Below, piece by piece: positions 24,101 to 40,400 of a DNA stretch of 64,000 nt (its first letter is position 1; every line of letters starts with the position of its first letter). The notes beneath the pieces are model-generated. The model ran no database searches. It saw only the letters and a list, made by a program, of their open reading frames with translations, and was not told the DNA's origin. Position numbers and translations under genes: made by a program. The stretch is taken from assembly GCF_009914755.1 (NCBI RefSeq), contig NC_060947.1; one strand, written 5' to 3'. This DNA is from the human T2T-CHM13v2.0 reference genome, Homo sapiens.

Positions 24101-27100
24101 AATTGAAACATCACAAAGCAGATTCACAGATAACTTCTTCCTAGATTTTATATGGGGATATGTCGTTGTAGGCCTCAGTGGACTGAAAAACGTCCCTTCT
24201 CAGACTATACAAAAAGAGTGTTTCCAGCCTGATTAACAAAAAGAAAGGTTTAACTTTGTAAGATGAACTGACCCAACACAAAGCAGTTTCACAGGTTGCT
24301 TCTTTCTAGATTTTATCTGGGGATATTCAATTTCTCCTCATGGGCCTCAATGGACTCTGATTAGTCCCTTCACAGATTCTAAGAAGAGTGTTTCCAAACG
24401 GCTGAATCGAAAGAAAGTTTTAACTTTGTGAGAAGAATCCATAAATCACAAATCAATCAGTTTCATAGATAGTTCCTTCCTAGTTTTTATCTGGGGATAT
24501 TCAGTTTCTCCCTAAGTCCTAAATAGGCTCCCAAAAGTCCCTTTCCAGATTGTACAAAAAGAGTGTTTCCAACCTGCTGAATCAAAAGAAAGGTTTAACT
24601 CCGTGAGAATAATTCACACATCAAAAAGCCTTTTTACATAGTGAGATGAATCCACCCAACACAAAGCAGTTTAAAAGAGAGATTCTTGCTAGATTTTATC
24701 GAGGGATACTTGGTTTTTCCCCATAAGCCTCCATGGACCCCCAAATGTCCTTCATAGATTGTATAAAAAGAGTGATTCCATCCAGCAGAATCAAAGGAAC
24801 GTTTTAAATCTGTGATATAAATCCACACATCACAAAGTACTTTCATAGAGAGCTTCTTTCTAGTTTTTATCTGGGTTAATCTTTTTATTCCATAGGGTTC
24901 AATGGGCCCCCAAATGTCCCTTCACAGATTTAACAAAAAGAGTGTATTCAACCTGATGAATCAAAAGGAAAATTAAACTCTGTGAGATGAATAACACATC
25001 ACTAAGCCATTTCACAGATAACTTCTTTCTAGTTTTTATCTGAGTATATTCAGTTTTTGTAAAAAGGCCTCAGTGGGCTCCCAAATGTCCCTTCGCAGAT
25101 TCTACAAACAGAGTGTTTCCAACCTCCTGAAGTAAAAGAAAGCTTTAACTCTGTGAGATGAATCCACATTTTACAAAGCAGTTTCACAGAGAGCTTCATT
25201 CTAGTTTTTATCTGAGAATAGTTGGTATTTCCCCACAGGCGTCAGTTTGCTCCCAGTTGTCCCTTCAGACTCTACAAAATGGTGTTTCTGAACTGCTGAA
25301 TCAAAAGAAACAGTTACATAGTGAAATGAACCCACACAACACAAAGCAGTTTAAAAGAGAGATTCTTGCTAGTTTTTATCTAGGGATACTTTATTTTTTC
25401 CCATAAGCCTCCATGGGCTCCCAAATGTCCTTTATAGATTGTACAAAAAGAGTGAGTCCATCCAGCAGATTCAAAGGAACATTTTAAATCTGTGATATAA
25501 ATCCACACATCACAACGTACTTTCACAGAGAGCTTCTTTCTAGTTTTTATGTGGGTTATTCATTTTTTTTCCATAAGGTCCAATGGGCCCCCTAATGTCC
25601 CTCACAGATTTAACAAAAAGAGTGTATCCAACCTGACGAATCAAAAGGAAAATTAATCTCTGTGAGATGAATAATCACATCACTAAGCCATTTCACAGAT
25701 AGCTTGTTTCTAGTTTTTATATGGATATATTCTGTTTTCACTGTTTGCCCCAATGGGCTCCAAATATCTCTTTGTAGATTATACATAAAGAGGGTTTCCA
25801 AGCTGCTGAATCAAAAGAAATGATTAACTCTGTAAGATGAATCCACACATTACCAGGCAGTTTCACAGATTCCTTTTTTCTAGTTTTTATCTGGGGATAT
25901 TCTGTTTTTCCCCATAGGCCTCAATGTGTTCCAAAATGTCCCTCCACAGATTCTACAAGAGTGTTTCCAACCAGCTGAATCAAAAGTAAGGTTTACATCT
26001 TGAGGTGAATCCACACAGCACAAAGCAGTTTTATGGATAGCTTTTTTCTAGCTTTTATCTGGGAATATTCTGTTTTTCCCCATGGGCCTCAAAGGGCTCC
26101 CATATGTCCCTTCACATATTCTACAAAAAAGTGTGTCCGACCTGCTGAATAAAAAAAAATTAACTCTATGAGAAGAATCCACACATCACCAATCAGTTTC
26201 AGAGGTAATTTTCTTCTAGCTTTTTTTCTGGGGATATTCTGTTTTTCCTCTTAGGCTGCAATAGGTTCCAAAATGTCTCCTCAATGATTTTACAACAATA
26301 GTGTTTCCTACCTGCTGAATCAAAAGAATGGTTTAACATGTGAAATGAATCTGCACATCAAAAATCAGATTCACAGATAGATACCATCATTTTGTTTGTA
26401 TCTGAGAATTTTCGGCTTTTCACCTTAGGCCTCAATGGGCTCCCAAATGTCACTTTGAAGATTCTACAAAAAGAGTGTTTCCAACCTGCTGAATCATAAG
26501 AAAGGTTTAACTCCATGAGATGAATCCACACATCACCAAACAGTTTCACAGACAGCTTCTTTCTAATTTTTATCTAGTGACATTTTTTTCCCACAGGTGT
26601 CAGTGGGCACCATATGTACCTTTGCAGATTCTACAAAACCAGTGTTTCCAACCTGTTAATCAAAGGAAAGGTTAAACTCCATGAGTTGAATCCAGACATA
26701 ACCAAGCAGTTTCACAGATACTTTCTTCCTAGTTTTTATATGGAGATATTAGTTTTCATCCTGTAGGCCTCTATGGAATCCCAAATGTCCCTTCACAGAT
26801 TCTACAGAAAGAGTGTTTCGAACCTGCTGAATCTAAAGAAAGGTTTAAATCTGTGGAATAAATCCAGACATCACAGGGTATTTTACAAATAGCTTTTTTC
26901 CCAGTTTTAACCTGGAGATATTCCATTTTTCCCTGTAGGCCTTAATGGGCTCCAAAAGTTTTTCGCATATTCTACAAACAGAGGATTCCAACCTACCATA
27001 GCAAAATAAAGGTTTAACTCTGTGCAGTAAATCTGCACATCACAAAGCAGTTTCACAGATATCTTCTTCCTAGTTTTTATCTGGGGATATTTGGTTTTTC

Positions 27101-29156
27101 CCCATAGGCATCAATGGGCTTCAAAACGTACCTTCGCAGATTCTACCAAAAAAGTGTATGCAACCTCCTGAATCAAGAGAAAGGTTTAACTCTGTGAGAT
27201 GTATTGACCCATCACAAAGCAGTTTCACAGACAGCTTTTTTCTAGTTTTTATCTGAGGAGATTCTGTTTTTCCCATAGGCCCCAATGGGCTCCTAAAAGT
27301 GTCTTTGCACCTCCTACGAAAAGACACTTTCCAACCTGCTTAATCAAAAGAAAGGTTTAACTCTGGGAGATACATGCCCACATCACAAAGTAGTTTCACA
27401 GATACCTTCTTTCTAGTTTTTATGCGGCGATATTCGGTTTTACACCATAGGTCTTAATATGCTCCAAATATCACTTTGCAGATTCTACAAATAGTGTTTC
27501 CAACCTGCTGAATCAAAAGAAAGGTTTAACTCTGTGAACTGAATCCACACATCACAAAGCTGCTTCATAGATACCTTTTATCTAATTTTTATGTGGGGAT
27601 ATTCTGTTCTTGCCCATCGCCTAAATCAACTCCCCAATGTCCTTTTCCAGACTCTATAAAAAGAGTGTTCCAACTGGCAGCATCAAAATAAATGTTTAAC
27701 TCTGTGACATAAATCCACACATCACCAAGCAGTTTAATACATGGCTTCTTTCTAGTTTTTATCTGGAGATATTTACTTTTTCCCCATAGCCCTTAATGAG
27801 CTCCCAAATGTCCCTTTGGAGATGCTACAAAAAGTGTGTTTCCAACATGCTGAATAAAAAGAAAAGTATAACTCTGTGATTTGAACTCACACATCCCCAA
27901 GCAGTTTCACAGATAGCCTCTTTCTAGTTTTTAATTAGGGATATACAGTTTTTCCTTATAGGCAAAAATAGGCTCCAAAATGTCACTTTGTAGATCCTGC
28001 AAAAATAGTGTTCTTGCCCACTGAATCAAAAGAAGGGTTTCAATTTGTGAGATGAATCCACACATCAACAAGCAATTAAACAAATAGCTTTTTTCTAGTT
28101 TTTATCTGGGGATGCTAGGTTTTCCTCCATAGGCCACAATGGGCTCCCAAATATCCCTTCACTGATTTTACAAAATGGGTTTTTCCAACCTGCTGAATCA
28201 AAAGAAAGGTTTACTTCTGTGAGATGAATTGACACATCACAAAGTGGTTTCACAGATTGCTTCTTTCTACTTTTTCAGGGGGGTATACTTGGGTTTTCCC
28301 CATAGGTGTATATGAAGTTTGAAAAGTCCCCTGTGGATTCCACAAAAAAAAAGTATTACCAATCTGCTAAATCAAAATAAAGTTTTAACCCTGTGAGGTG
28401 AATCCACACGTCACAAATAAGTTTCACAGATAACTTATTTCTAGGTTTTATCAGGGAACAATCTTTTTTTTTTTTCCATATGCCTTAATGGGGTCCCAAA
28501 TTTTCCTTCACAAAGTCTACAAATACAGTGAGTCCAACCTGCTATATCAATACAAAGTTTAACCCTATGAGATTAATCCACACACCACCAAGAAGTTTCA
28601 AAGACAGCTTCTTTCTACTTTTTATGTTGGGGTATTTGGCTTTCCCTGCAGTCCTCAATGGGCTCTCAAAAGTCCCATCCAAGATTCTATGAAAGGAGTG
28701 TTTCCAATCTGGTGAATTAAAAGAGAGTTTTAACTCTGTGAAACGAATCCACACATTAAAAAGCAGCCTCACAGATACCTACTTTTTAGTTTTTATCTGG
28801 GGATATTCTGTTTTTTTCCCATGGGCCCCAATGGGCTCCCAAATGTCCCTTCCCAGGGTCTACGAAAAGAGTGTTTCCAACCAGCTGAATCAGAGGAAAG
28901 TCTTCACTCCGTGAGATGATTCCTCACATCACAAAGTAGTTTCTTCAATAGTTTATTTCTAGTTTTTATCTGGGGATATTCAGTTTCTGTCTATAGGCCA
29001 CAATAGGCTCTGAAGTGTCCCTTCACTGATACTGCAAAAACAGTGTTTCCAACCTGCTGAATCAAAACAATATTTCAACTTTGAGAGATTAATCCACACA
29101 TCACCAAGAAGTCTCACAGATAGCTTCTTTCTAGTTTTCACTGGTGATATGCGGTT
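6179..29156. repeat. Ancient monomeric alpha satellite, left block
   Basis: Tandem ~171-bp divergent units: CTGCTGAATCAAAAGAAAGGTTTAACTCTGTGAGATGAATCCACACATCAC...TTTCCCCATAGGCCTCAATGGGCTCCCAAATGTCCCTT...TTCTACAAAAAGAGTGTTTCCAAC. No CENP-B box and no homogeneous higher-order repeat seen. Confidence 0.97.
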
Positions 29157-29632
29157 GACATTTATTATCTTGTTTTGCTATCATGGGAGTTCCAAAAAAA
29201 AATTAAAATGGATAATGGGCCAGGATACTGTAGAAAAACATTTCAATAATTCTTAAATCAGTGGAAAATTACACATACAACAAGAATCCCCTATAATTCT
29301 CAAGGACCGGCCATAATTAAAAGAACAAATAAAACACTCAAAGCTCAATTGGTTAAACAAACAAACAAGGACAGTAAAGAGTATAATGCTCCCCAGATGC
29401 AACTTAATCTAGCACTCTATACTCTACACTGTTTAAACATTTATAGAAATCAGACCACTACTTCTGAAGAACAACATTTCACTGGTAAAAAAACAGCCCA
29501 CCTGAAGGAAAACTGATTTGGTGGAAAGACAACAAAAATAAAATATTGGAAATAAGAAAGGTGATAATGTAGGGGAGAGGTTTTGCTTGTGTTTCCCCCC
29601 AAAAAAAAACCAGCTTCCAGTTTAGGTACCTA
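29157..29632 (+). pseudogene. pol: Integrase C-terminal remnant
   Basis: TTATTATCTTGTTTTGCT...GATAATGGGCCAGGATAC...CCCTATAATTCTCAAGG...GGGAGAGGTTTTGCTTGTGTTTC, with stops and frameshifts. Confidence 0.88.
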
Positions 29633-29636
29633 CAAC

Positions 29637-31635
29637 TTACAGAAGAAGTTGTCATCCACCAAAAAAATAGAGCCACCGACTTGGGCACAATTAAAGAAGC
29701 TGACACAGTTAGCTGAAAAAAGCCTAAAGAACGTAAGGGCAGTGCAAACTCCAGAGAATATGCTGCTTTCAGCTTTGATGATTGCATCAACATTGTTAAA
29801 TCTCCCCATGTCTACAGGAGCAGCTGTAGCTAATTATACTTACTGGGTCTATGTGCCTTTCCCACAACTAATTCGGGCAGTCACATGGATGGATAATCCT
29901 ATTAAAGTATATGTTAATAATAGTGCATGGGTACCAGGCTCCACAGATGATCGTTGCCCTGTCCAGTCTAAAAAAGAAGGAATGATGATAATTATTTCCA
30001 TTGGGTATCATTATACTATTTGCCTACGGAAGGCACCAGGATGTTTAACGCCTACAACACAAAATTGGTTGGTGAAAGTACCTACTGTCAGTGCCACCAG
30101 TAGATTTACTTATCACATGATAAGTAGAATGTTACTCGAGGCACAGATAAATAATTTACAGGACTCTTCTTTTCAAAGATCATTAAAATTTAGGCCTAAG
30201 GTAAAGCCTGGCCCCAAGGAAATTCCCAAAAAATCAAAATGCCCAAAAGTCTTAGTTTGAAAAAAATGTCTGGCTAATGTTGTGGAGGTATTACAAAACA
30301 ATAAATTTAAAACTACTATAGACTAGGCCCCTCAAGGCCAATTATATTGTAATTGTATGGGCCAGACTCACTCATGTTCACAGGCCCCATCCATCTGGCA
30401 CATTAATCCAGGCTATAATAGTAATTTAACTGAAAGGCTGGACAAAGTTTATACAAGGTGAGAAGCACTCTATCCATGGAAATGGGGTGAAAAGGAAATT
30501 TCATCACCTCGACCAAACTTAGTCCTGTTAATGGTCCTAAACAGCCAGAATTATTAAAGCCTACTGTGGCCTCACACCACATTAGAATTTGGTCTAAAAA
30601 TCAAGCTATAGAAACAAGAGATTGTAAGCCATATTATACTATCAACCTAAATTCCAGTCTGACAATTCCCTTACAAAGTTGTGCAAAAACCCCTTATATG
30701 CTAGTTGTAAGAAACATAGTTATTAAACCAGATTCCCAAACTATAACCTGTAAAAATCATAGATTACTCACTTGCGTTTATTTGACTTTTAACTGGCAAC
30801 ACTGTATTCTGCTAGTAAAGGCAAGAGAGGGCATGTGGATCCCTGTTTTCATGGATCAACAGTGGGAAGCTTCACTATCCATCCATATTTTAACAGAAAT
30901 ATTAAAATAAATTCTAACTAAATTCAAAAGGTTCATTTTTACTTTCATTGCAGTGACTATGGGTCTTATTGCAGTCAAAGGTACTGCTGTGGCTGCTGGA
31001 ATTGCTTTACACTCTTCTATTCAAACTACAAAATATGTAAGTAACTGGCAAAAAAAATCCTCAAAATTGTAAAATACTCAGACCCAAATAGATCAAAAAT
31101 AAGCAAACCAAATTAATGATCTTAGACTAACTGTCATTTGGATGGGAGATAGACTCATGAGCTTGAAAAAACTTTTTCAGTTACAATGTGACTGGAACAC
31201 ATCAGAATTTTGAATTACACCCTGAGCCTATAATAAGTCTGAGCATCACTGGGAAATGGTTAGACTCCATCTACAAAAAAATAAGATAATCTTACTTTAG
31301 ATATATCAAAATTAAAAGAACATATTTTTGAGGCATCAAAAGTCCATTTAAATTTGGTGCTAGAAAGTGAGACAATCGTAAAATCTGCTGATGACCACAC
31401 AAAACTTAACCCCTTCACTTGGGTTAAAACCCTAAGAAGTTCCACTATTGTAAATTTTGTATTAAACCTTGTGTGCCTGTTCTGTCTGTGGTTAGTCTAC
31501 AGTTGTATCCAGCAGCTCCAAAGAGACAGTGACCATAGAGAATGAGCCATAATGACGAAGGTGCTTTTGTCAAAAAGAAAAGGAGGATATGTAGGGAAAA
31601 GAAAGAGAGATCAGACTGTTACTGTGTCTATGTAG
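29637..31635 (+). pseudogene. env: HML-2 type 2-like env pseudogene
   Basis: ORFs 29583..30260, 30566..30910 and 31354..31545 give signal peptide, SU and TM segments. The signal-peptide region absent in type 1 proviruses is retained. The native start is deleted and many Trp codons are stops. Confidence 0.9.
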
Positions 31636-31663
31636 AAAAGGAAGACATAAGAAACTCCATTTT
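31590..31663 (+). repeat. 3' LTR stub (U3 start), LTR5A/LTR5B-like
   Basis: Follows the polypurine tract AAAAAGAAAAGGAGGA (31572-31587). Reads TGTAGGGAAAAGAAAGAGAGATCAGACTG...ACTCCATTTT, then switches to L1 sequence. Confidence 0.85.
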
Positions 31664-32282
31664 AGAATACTGCGCTTTTCCGACGGGGTTAAAAAACGGA
31701 GCACCAGATTATATCCCGCACCTGGCTCAGAGGGTCCTACGCCCACGGAGTCTCACTGATTGCTAGCACAGCAGTCTGAGATCAAACTGCAAGGTGGCAG
31801 CCAGGCTGGGGGAGGGGCGCCCGCCATTGCCCAGGCTTGCTTCGGTAAACAAAGCAGCCGGGAAGCTTGAACTGGGTGGAGCCCACTACAGCTCAAGGAG
31901 GCCTGCCTGCCTCTATAGGCTCCACTTCTAGGGGCAGGGCACAGACAAACAAAAAGACAGCAGTAACCTCTGCAGACTTAAATGTCCTTGTCTGACAGCT
32001 TTGAAGAGAGCAGTGGTTGCCCCAGCAAGCAGCTGGAGATCTGAGAATGGGCAGACTGCCTCCTCAAGTGGGTCCCTGGCCCCAGACCCCTGAGCAGCCT
32101 AACTGGGAGGCACCCCCCAGCAGGGGGAGACTGACACCTCACACGGCCGGGTACTCCCACAGACCTGCAGCTGAGGGTCCTGTCTGTTAGAAGGAAAACT
32201 AACAAACAGAGAGGACATCCACACCAAAAACCCATCTGTACATCACCATCATCAAAGACAACAAGTAGATAAAACCACAAAG

Positions 32283-33298
32283 ATGGGGAAAAAACAGAGC
32301 AGAAAAACTGGAAACTCTAAAAAGCAGAGCGCCTCTCCTCCTCCAAAGGAGCACAGTTCCTCACCAGCAATGGAACAAAGCTGGTTGGAGAATGACTTTG
32401 ACGAGCTGAGAGAAGAAGGCTTCAGATGACCAAATTACTCCGAGCTACGGGAGGAAATTCAAACCAAAGGCAAAGAAGTTGAAAACTTTGAAAAACATTT
32501 AGACGAATGTATAACTAGAATAACCAATACAGAGGAGCGCTTAAAGGAGCTGATGGAGCTGAAAACGAAGGCTCAAGAACTACGTAAAAATGCAGAAGCC
32601 TCAGGAGCCGATGCGATCAACTGGAAGAAAGGGTATCAGCAATGGAAGATGAAATGAATGAAATGAAGTGAGAAGGGAAGTTTAGAGAAAAAAGAATAAA
32701 AAGAAATGAGCAAAGCCTCCAAGAAATATGGGACTATGTGAAAAGACCAAATCTACGTCTGATTGGTGTACCTGAAAGTGATGGGGAGAATGTAAACAAG
32801 TTGGAAAACACTCTGCAGGATATTATCCAGGAGAACTTCCCCGATCTAGCAAGGCAGGCCAATATTCAAATTCAGGAAATACAGACAACACTGCAAAGAT
32901 GCTCCTCGAGAAGAGCAACCCCAAGACACATAATTGTCAGATTCACCAAAGTTGAAATGAAGGAAAAAATGTTAAGGGCAGCCAGAGAGAAAGATCGGGT
33001 TACCCACAAAGGGAAGCCCATCAGACTAACAGCTGATCTCTCTGCAGAAAGTCTACAAGCCAGAAGAGAGTGGGGACCAATATTCAACATTCTTAAAGAA
33101 AAGAATTTTCAACCCAGAATTTCATATCCAGCCAAACTAAGCATCATAAGTGAAGCAGAAATAAAATCCTTTACAAACAAGCAAATGCTGAGATATTTTG
33201 TCACCACCAGGCCTGCTTTACAGGAGATCCTGAAGGAAGCACTAAACATGGAAAGGAAAAACCGGTACCAGCCACTGCAAAAACAGGCCAAATTGTAA
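32283..33298 (+). pseudogene. L1 ORF1p pseudogene
   Basis: ATGGGGAAAAAACAG start; premature TGA near 32427. The RRM/CTD part is open (KRPNLRLIGVPE...REWG...YPAKLS). Confidence 0.93.
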
Positions 33299-33361
33299 AG
33301 ACCATCATGGCTAGGAAGAAACTGCATCAAATAACAAGCTAAATAACCAGCTAACATCATA

Positions 33362-37224
<3,863 letters not shown>

Positions 37225-37448
37225 ACAATGAGAACACATGGACACAGGAAGGGGAACACGACACACTGGGGACTGTTGATGGGTGGGGGGAGGGGGGAGG
37301 GATAGCATTAGGAGATATACCTAATGTTAAATGACGAGTTAATGGGTGCAGCACACCAAAATTGCACAAGTATGCATATGTAATTAATCTGCACATTGTG
37401 CACATGTACCCTAAAACTTAAAGTATAATAAATAAGTAAATAAATAAA

Positions 37449-40400
37449 GGAAGGAAGAGTGTTTCCAACCCACTGAAACAAAAGTAAGGATTAACACTGT
37501 GAGATGAATCCACACATCAGAAAGCAGTTGAACAGATATATTTTTCTAGTTTTTATCTGAGGATATTAGGTATTTCACCGTAAGCCAAAATAAGCTACAA
37601 AATATCCATTTGCAGATACTACATGAACAATGCTTACACGATGGTGAATCAAATGAAAGGTTTAATTCTGTGAGATGAATGCACACATTAGAAAGTAGTT
37701 TCACAGATAAATTCTTTCTAGGTTTGATCCGGGGATATTCAGTTCTTCACTGTAGGCCTCAATGGTCTCCCAAATGTCCCATCACAGATTCTACAAGGGG
37801 AGTGTTCTCAACCTGCTGAATCAAAAGAAATGTTCATCTCTGTGAGATAAATCCACATATCACAAATCAGTTTCAGAGATATCTTCTTTCTAGTTTTTTC
37901 TGGGAATATTCAGTTTTTCATAGTAGGCCCCAAGGATTCCCCAAATGTCCCTTCGCAGATTCTACAAGAAGAGTGTTTCCAACCTGCTAAATCTAAAGAA
38001 AGGTTTAACTCTGTGAGATGAATCTACATATCACAAAGCAATTTCACAGATAATTTCTTTCTACTTTTTATATGGAGATATTCAGTTTTTCATCATAGGC
38101 TGCAATGGGCTCCCAAATGTCCCCTCACGGATTCTACAAGAAGAATGTTTCCAACTTGCTAAATCAAAAAAAAAGTTTTAACTCTGTGAGAGGAATCCAC
38201 ACATCAGAAAGCAGTTTCACAAATAGCTTCTTCATAGTTTTTATTTGTCGATATTCACTTTTTCACCATATGCCTCAATGGTCTCCAAATGTCTTTTCAC
38301 AGAAGCTACAAAAAGAGTGCTTCCAACATCTGTAAACAAAAGAAAGATTTAACCCTGTGAGATTAATCCATAAATCAAACAGCAGTTTCATAGATAGCTT
38401 CTTTCTAGTTTTTATCAGAGGATTTTTGTTTTTCACCATAGTCCTCAACAGCTTCCCAAATGTCCATTCACAGATGCTACAAGAATAGCATTTCCAACCT
38501 ACTGAATGAATAAATTTAAATCTTTGAGATGAATCAAGACATCAGAAGGCAGTTTGACAGATAGCTTCTGTCTAGCTTTTATCTGGGAATATTCAATTTT
38601 TCACCTTAGGCCTCAATGGGCTCCCAAATATCCCTTCATAGATTCTACAAGAAGAGCATTTCCAACCTGCTTAATCAAAGGAAAGGTTTATCTCTGTGGG
38701 ATGAATCTACACATCACAAAGGAGTTTCACAGATAGCTTCTTCTTAGTTTTTATATGGGGATATTCCGTTTTTCACATTAGGCCCCAGTGGGCTCCCAAA
38801 TGGCCTTTCACGTATTCTACAAAAAGAGTGTTTCCAAACGGCTGAATCAAAAGAATGGTTTATCTCTGTGAGACAAATCCAGACATAATAAAAGGGTTTC
38901 ACAGGTATCTTCCTTCTAGTTTTTATCTGGGAATATTCCATTTTTCACCATAGACCTCCATGGCCCCCAAATGTACTTTCACAGATTCGACAAGAAGAGT
39001 GTTTCCAATTTGCTGAAACAAAAGAAATGTTTAACACTATGACATGAATCCACACATCACAAAGCAGATTCACAGATAGCTTCTTCTTAGTATTTCTCTG
39101 GAGATATTCTGTTTTTCACATTGAACCACAAGGGGCTTCAAAACACCCCTTCGCAGATTCTACAAAAAGAGTGTTTCCAACCTGCTGAATTAAAAGAATG
39201 TTTTAATACTATGAGATGAATCCACATATCACAAAGTGGTTTCACAGATAGCTTCTTTCTAGTTTTTTTTTTTTTTTTTCCTCTAAGGATATTCAGTTTT
39301 TCACCACAGGACTCAATGGTCTCCCAAAATTTCCTTCACAGATTCTACAAAAAGAGTTTTTTCCAACCTGCTAAAATAAAAGAAATATTTAACACTGGGA
39401 TGAATCCACACATCGCAATGCAGTTTCACAGATGCCTTCTTTCTAGTTTTTATCTGAGAACATTGGGTTTTTCACCATATGCCTCAAGAGGCTCCCAAAT
39501 GTCCACTCACAGATACTACAGGAAGAGTGTTTCAAACCTGCTGAATCAAAAATAAAATGTTTACTTCTGTGAGATGAATCCACACATCACAAAGCAGTTT
39601 AATAGATTGCTTTTTAGTTTTTATGTGGATATGCGGTTTTTCACCACAGGCCTTAATGGCCTTCCAAATGTCCCTTCTCAGATTCTACAAAAAGAGTATT
39701 TCCAACCTGGTGAATCAAAAAATTGGTTAACCTCCAGGAGATGATTCCCCACATCTCAAAGCAGTTTCGCAGGTACCTTCTTTCTCGTTTTTATCTGGGG
39801 ATATTCCATTTTTCACCATAGGCCTCAATGGGCCCCCTGATTCCTTTCACAGTTTCCAGAAGAAGAGTGTTTCCAACCTGCTGAAACAAAAGAAAGGTTT
39901 ATCTCTGTGAGATGAATCCACACATCACACAGCAGGCTCACAGATAGCTTCTTCTTAGTTTTTATCTGGTGATATTCGGTTTTTCACGGTAGGAAACAAT
40001 GGGCTGCAAAATGTCCCCTTGCAGATTCAAAAAAAAGAGTGTTTCCAAACTGCTTAATAAAAAGTATGGTTTAACTCTGTAAGATGAATCCACACAACAC
40101 AAAACAGTTTCAGAGAGAGTTTCTTCTTTGTTTTTATCTGGGGATATTCCGTTTCTCACTATAGGCTTCAAAGGTCTCCAAAATGTCCCTCCACAGATTC
40201 TACAAGACGAGTTTTTCCAACATGCTGAAGCAAAAGAAATATTTAACACTGTGAGATGAATCCACACGTCACAAAGCAATTTCACAGATAGCTTCTTTCT
40301 AGTTTGTTATCTGAGGATATTTGGTTTTTCACCACAGGCCTCAATAGGCTCCCAAATGTCCATTCACAGATGCTACTAGAAGAGTGTTTCCAACCTGCTG

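Larger units (their letters stand above)
29157..31663 (+). mobile_element. Old HERV-K(HML-2)-like fragment: 3' integrase, env, PPT and first ~74 bp of LTR5; G-to-A hypermutated
   Basis: Starts in integrase (HLLSCFA; DNGPGY; IPYNSQG). env motifs [41 protein letters not shown]. Ends TGTAGGGAAAAGAAAGAGAGATCAGACTGTTACTGTG. Confidence 0.92.

Noticed and set aside
10080-26440. Possible ~16-kb-spaced duplication (AATCAGATTCACAGATAGAT..GTTTGTATCTG at ~10103 and ~26363)
   Set aside because: Only one monomer matches convincingly, and neighbouring variants did not keep a consistent spacing by eye.
6179-29156. Regularly spaced repeats resembling a CRISPR array
   Set aside because: The whole unit is repeated with no unique spacers, the context is primate, and there are no cas genes.
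29583-30260. 225-aa env ORF as a possible domesticated envelope gene
   Set aside because: The native ATG is deleted, the frame carries many hypermutation-type changes, it stops within SU, and there is no upstream LTR.
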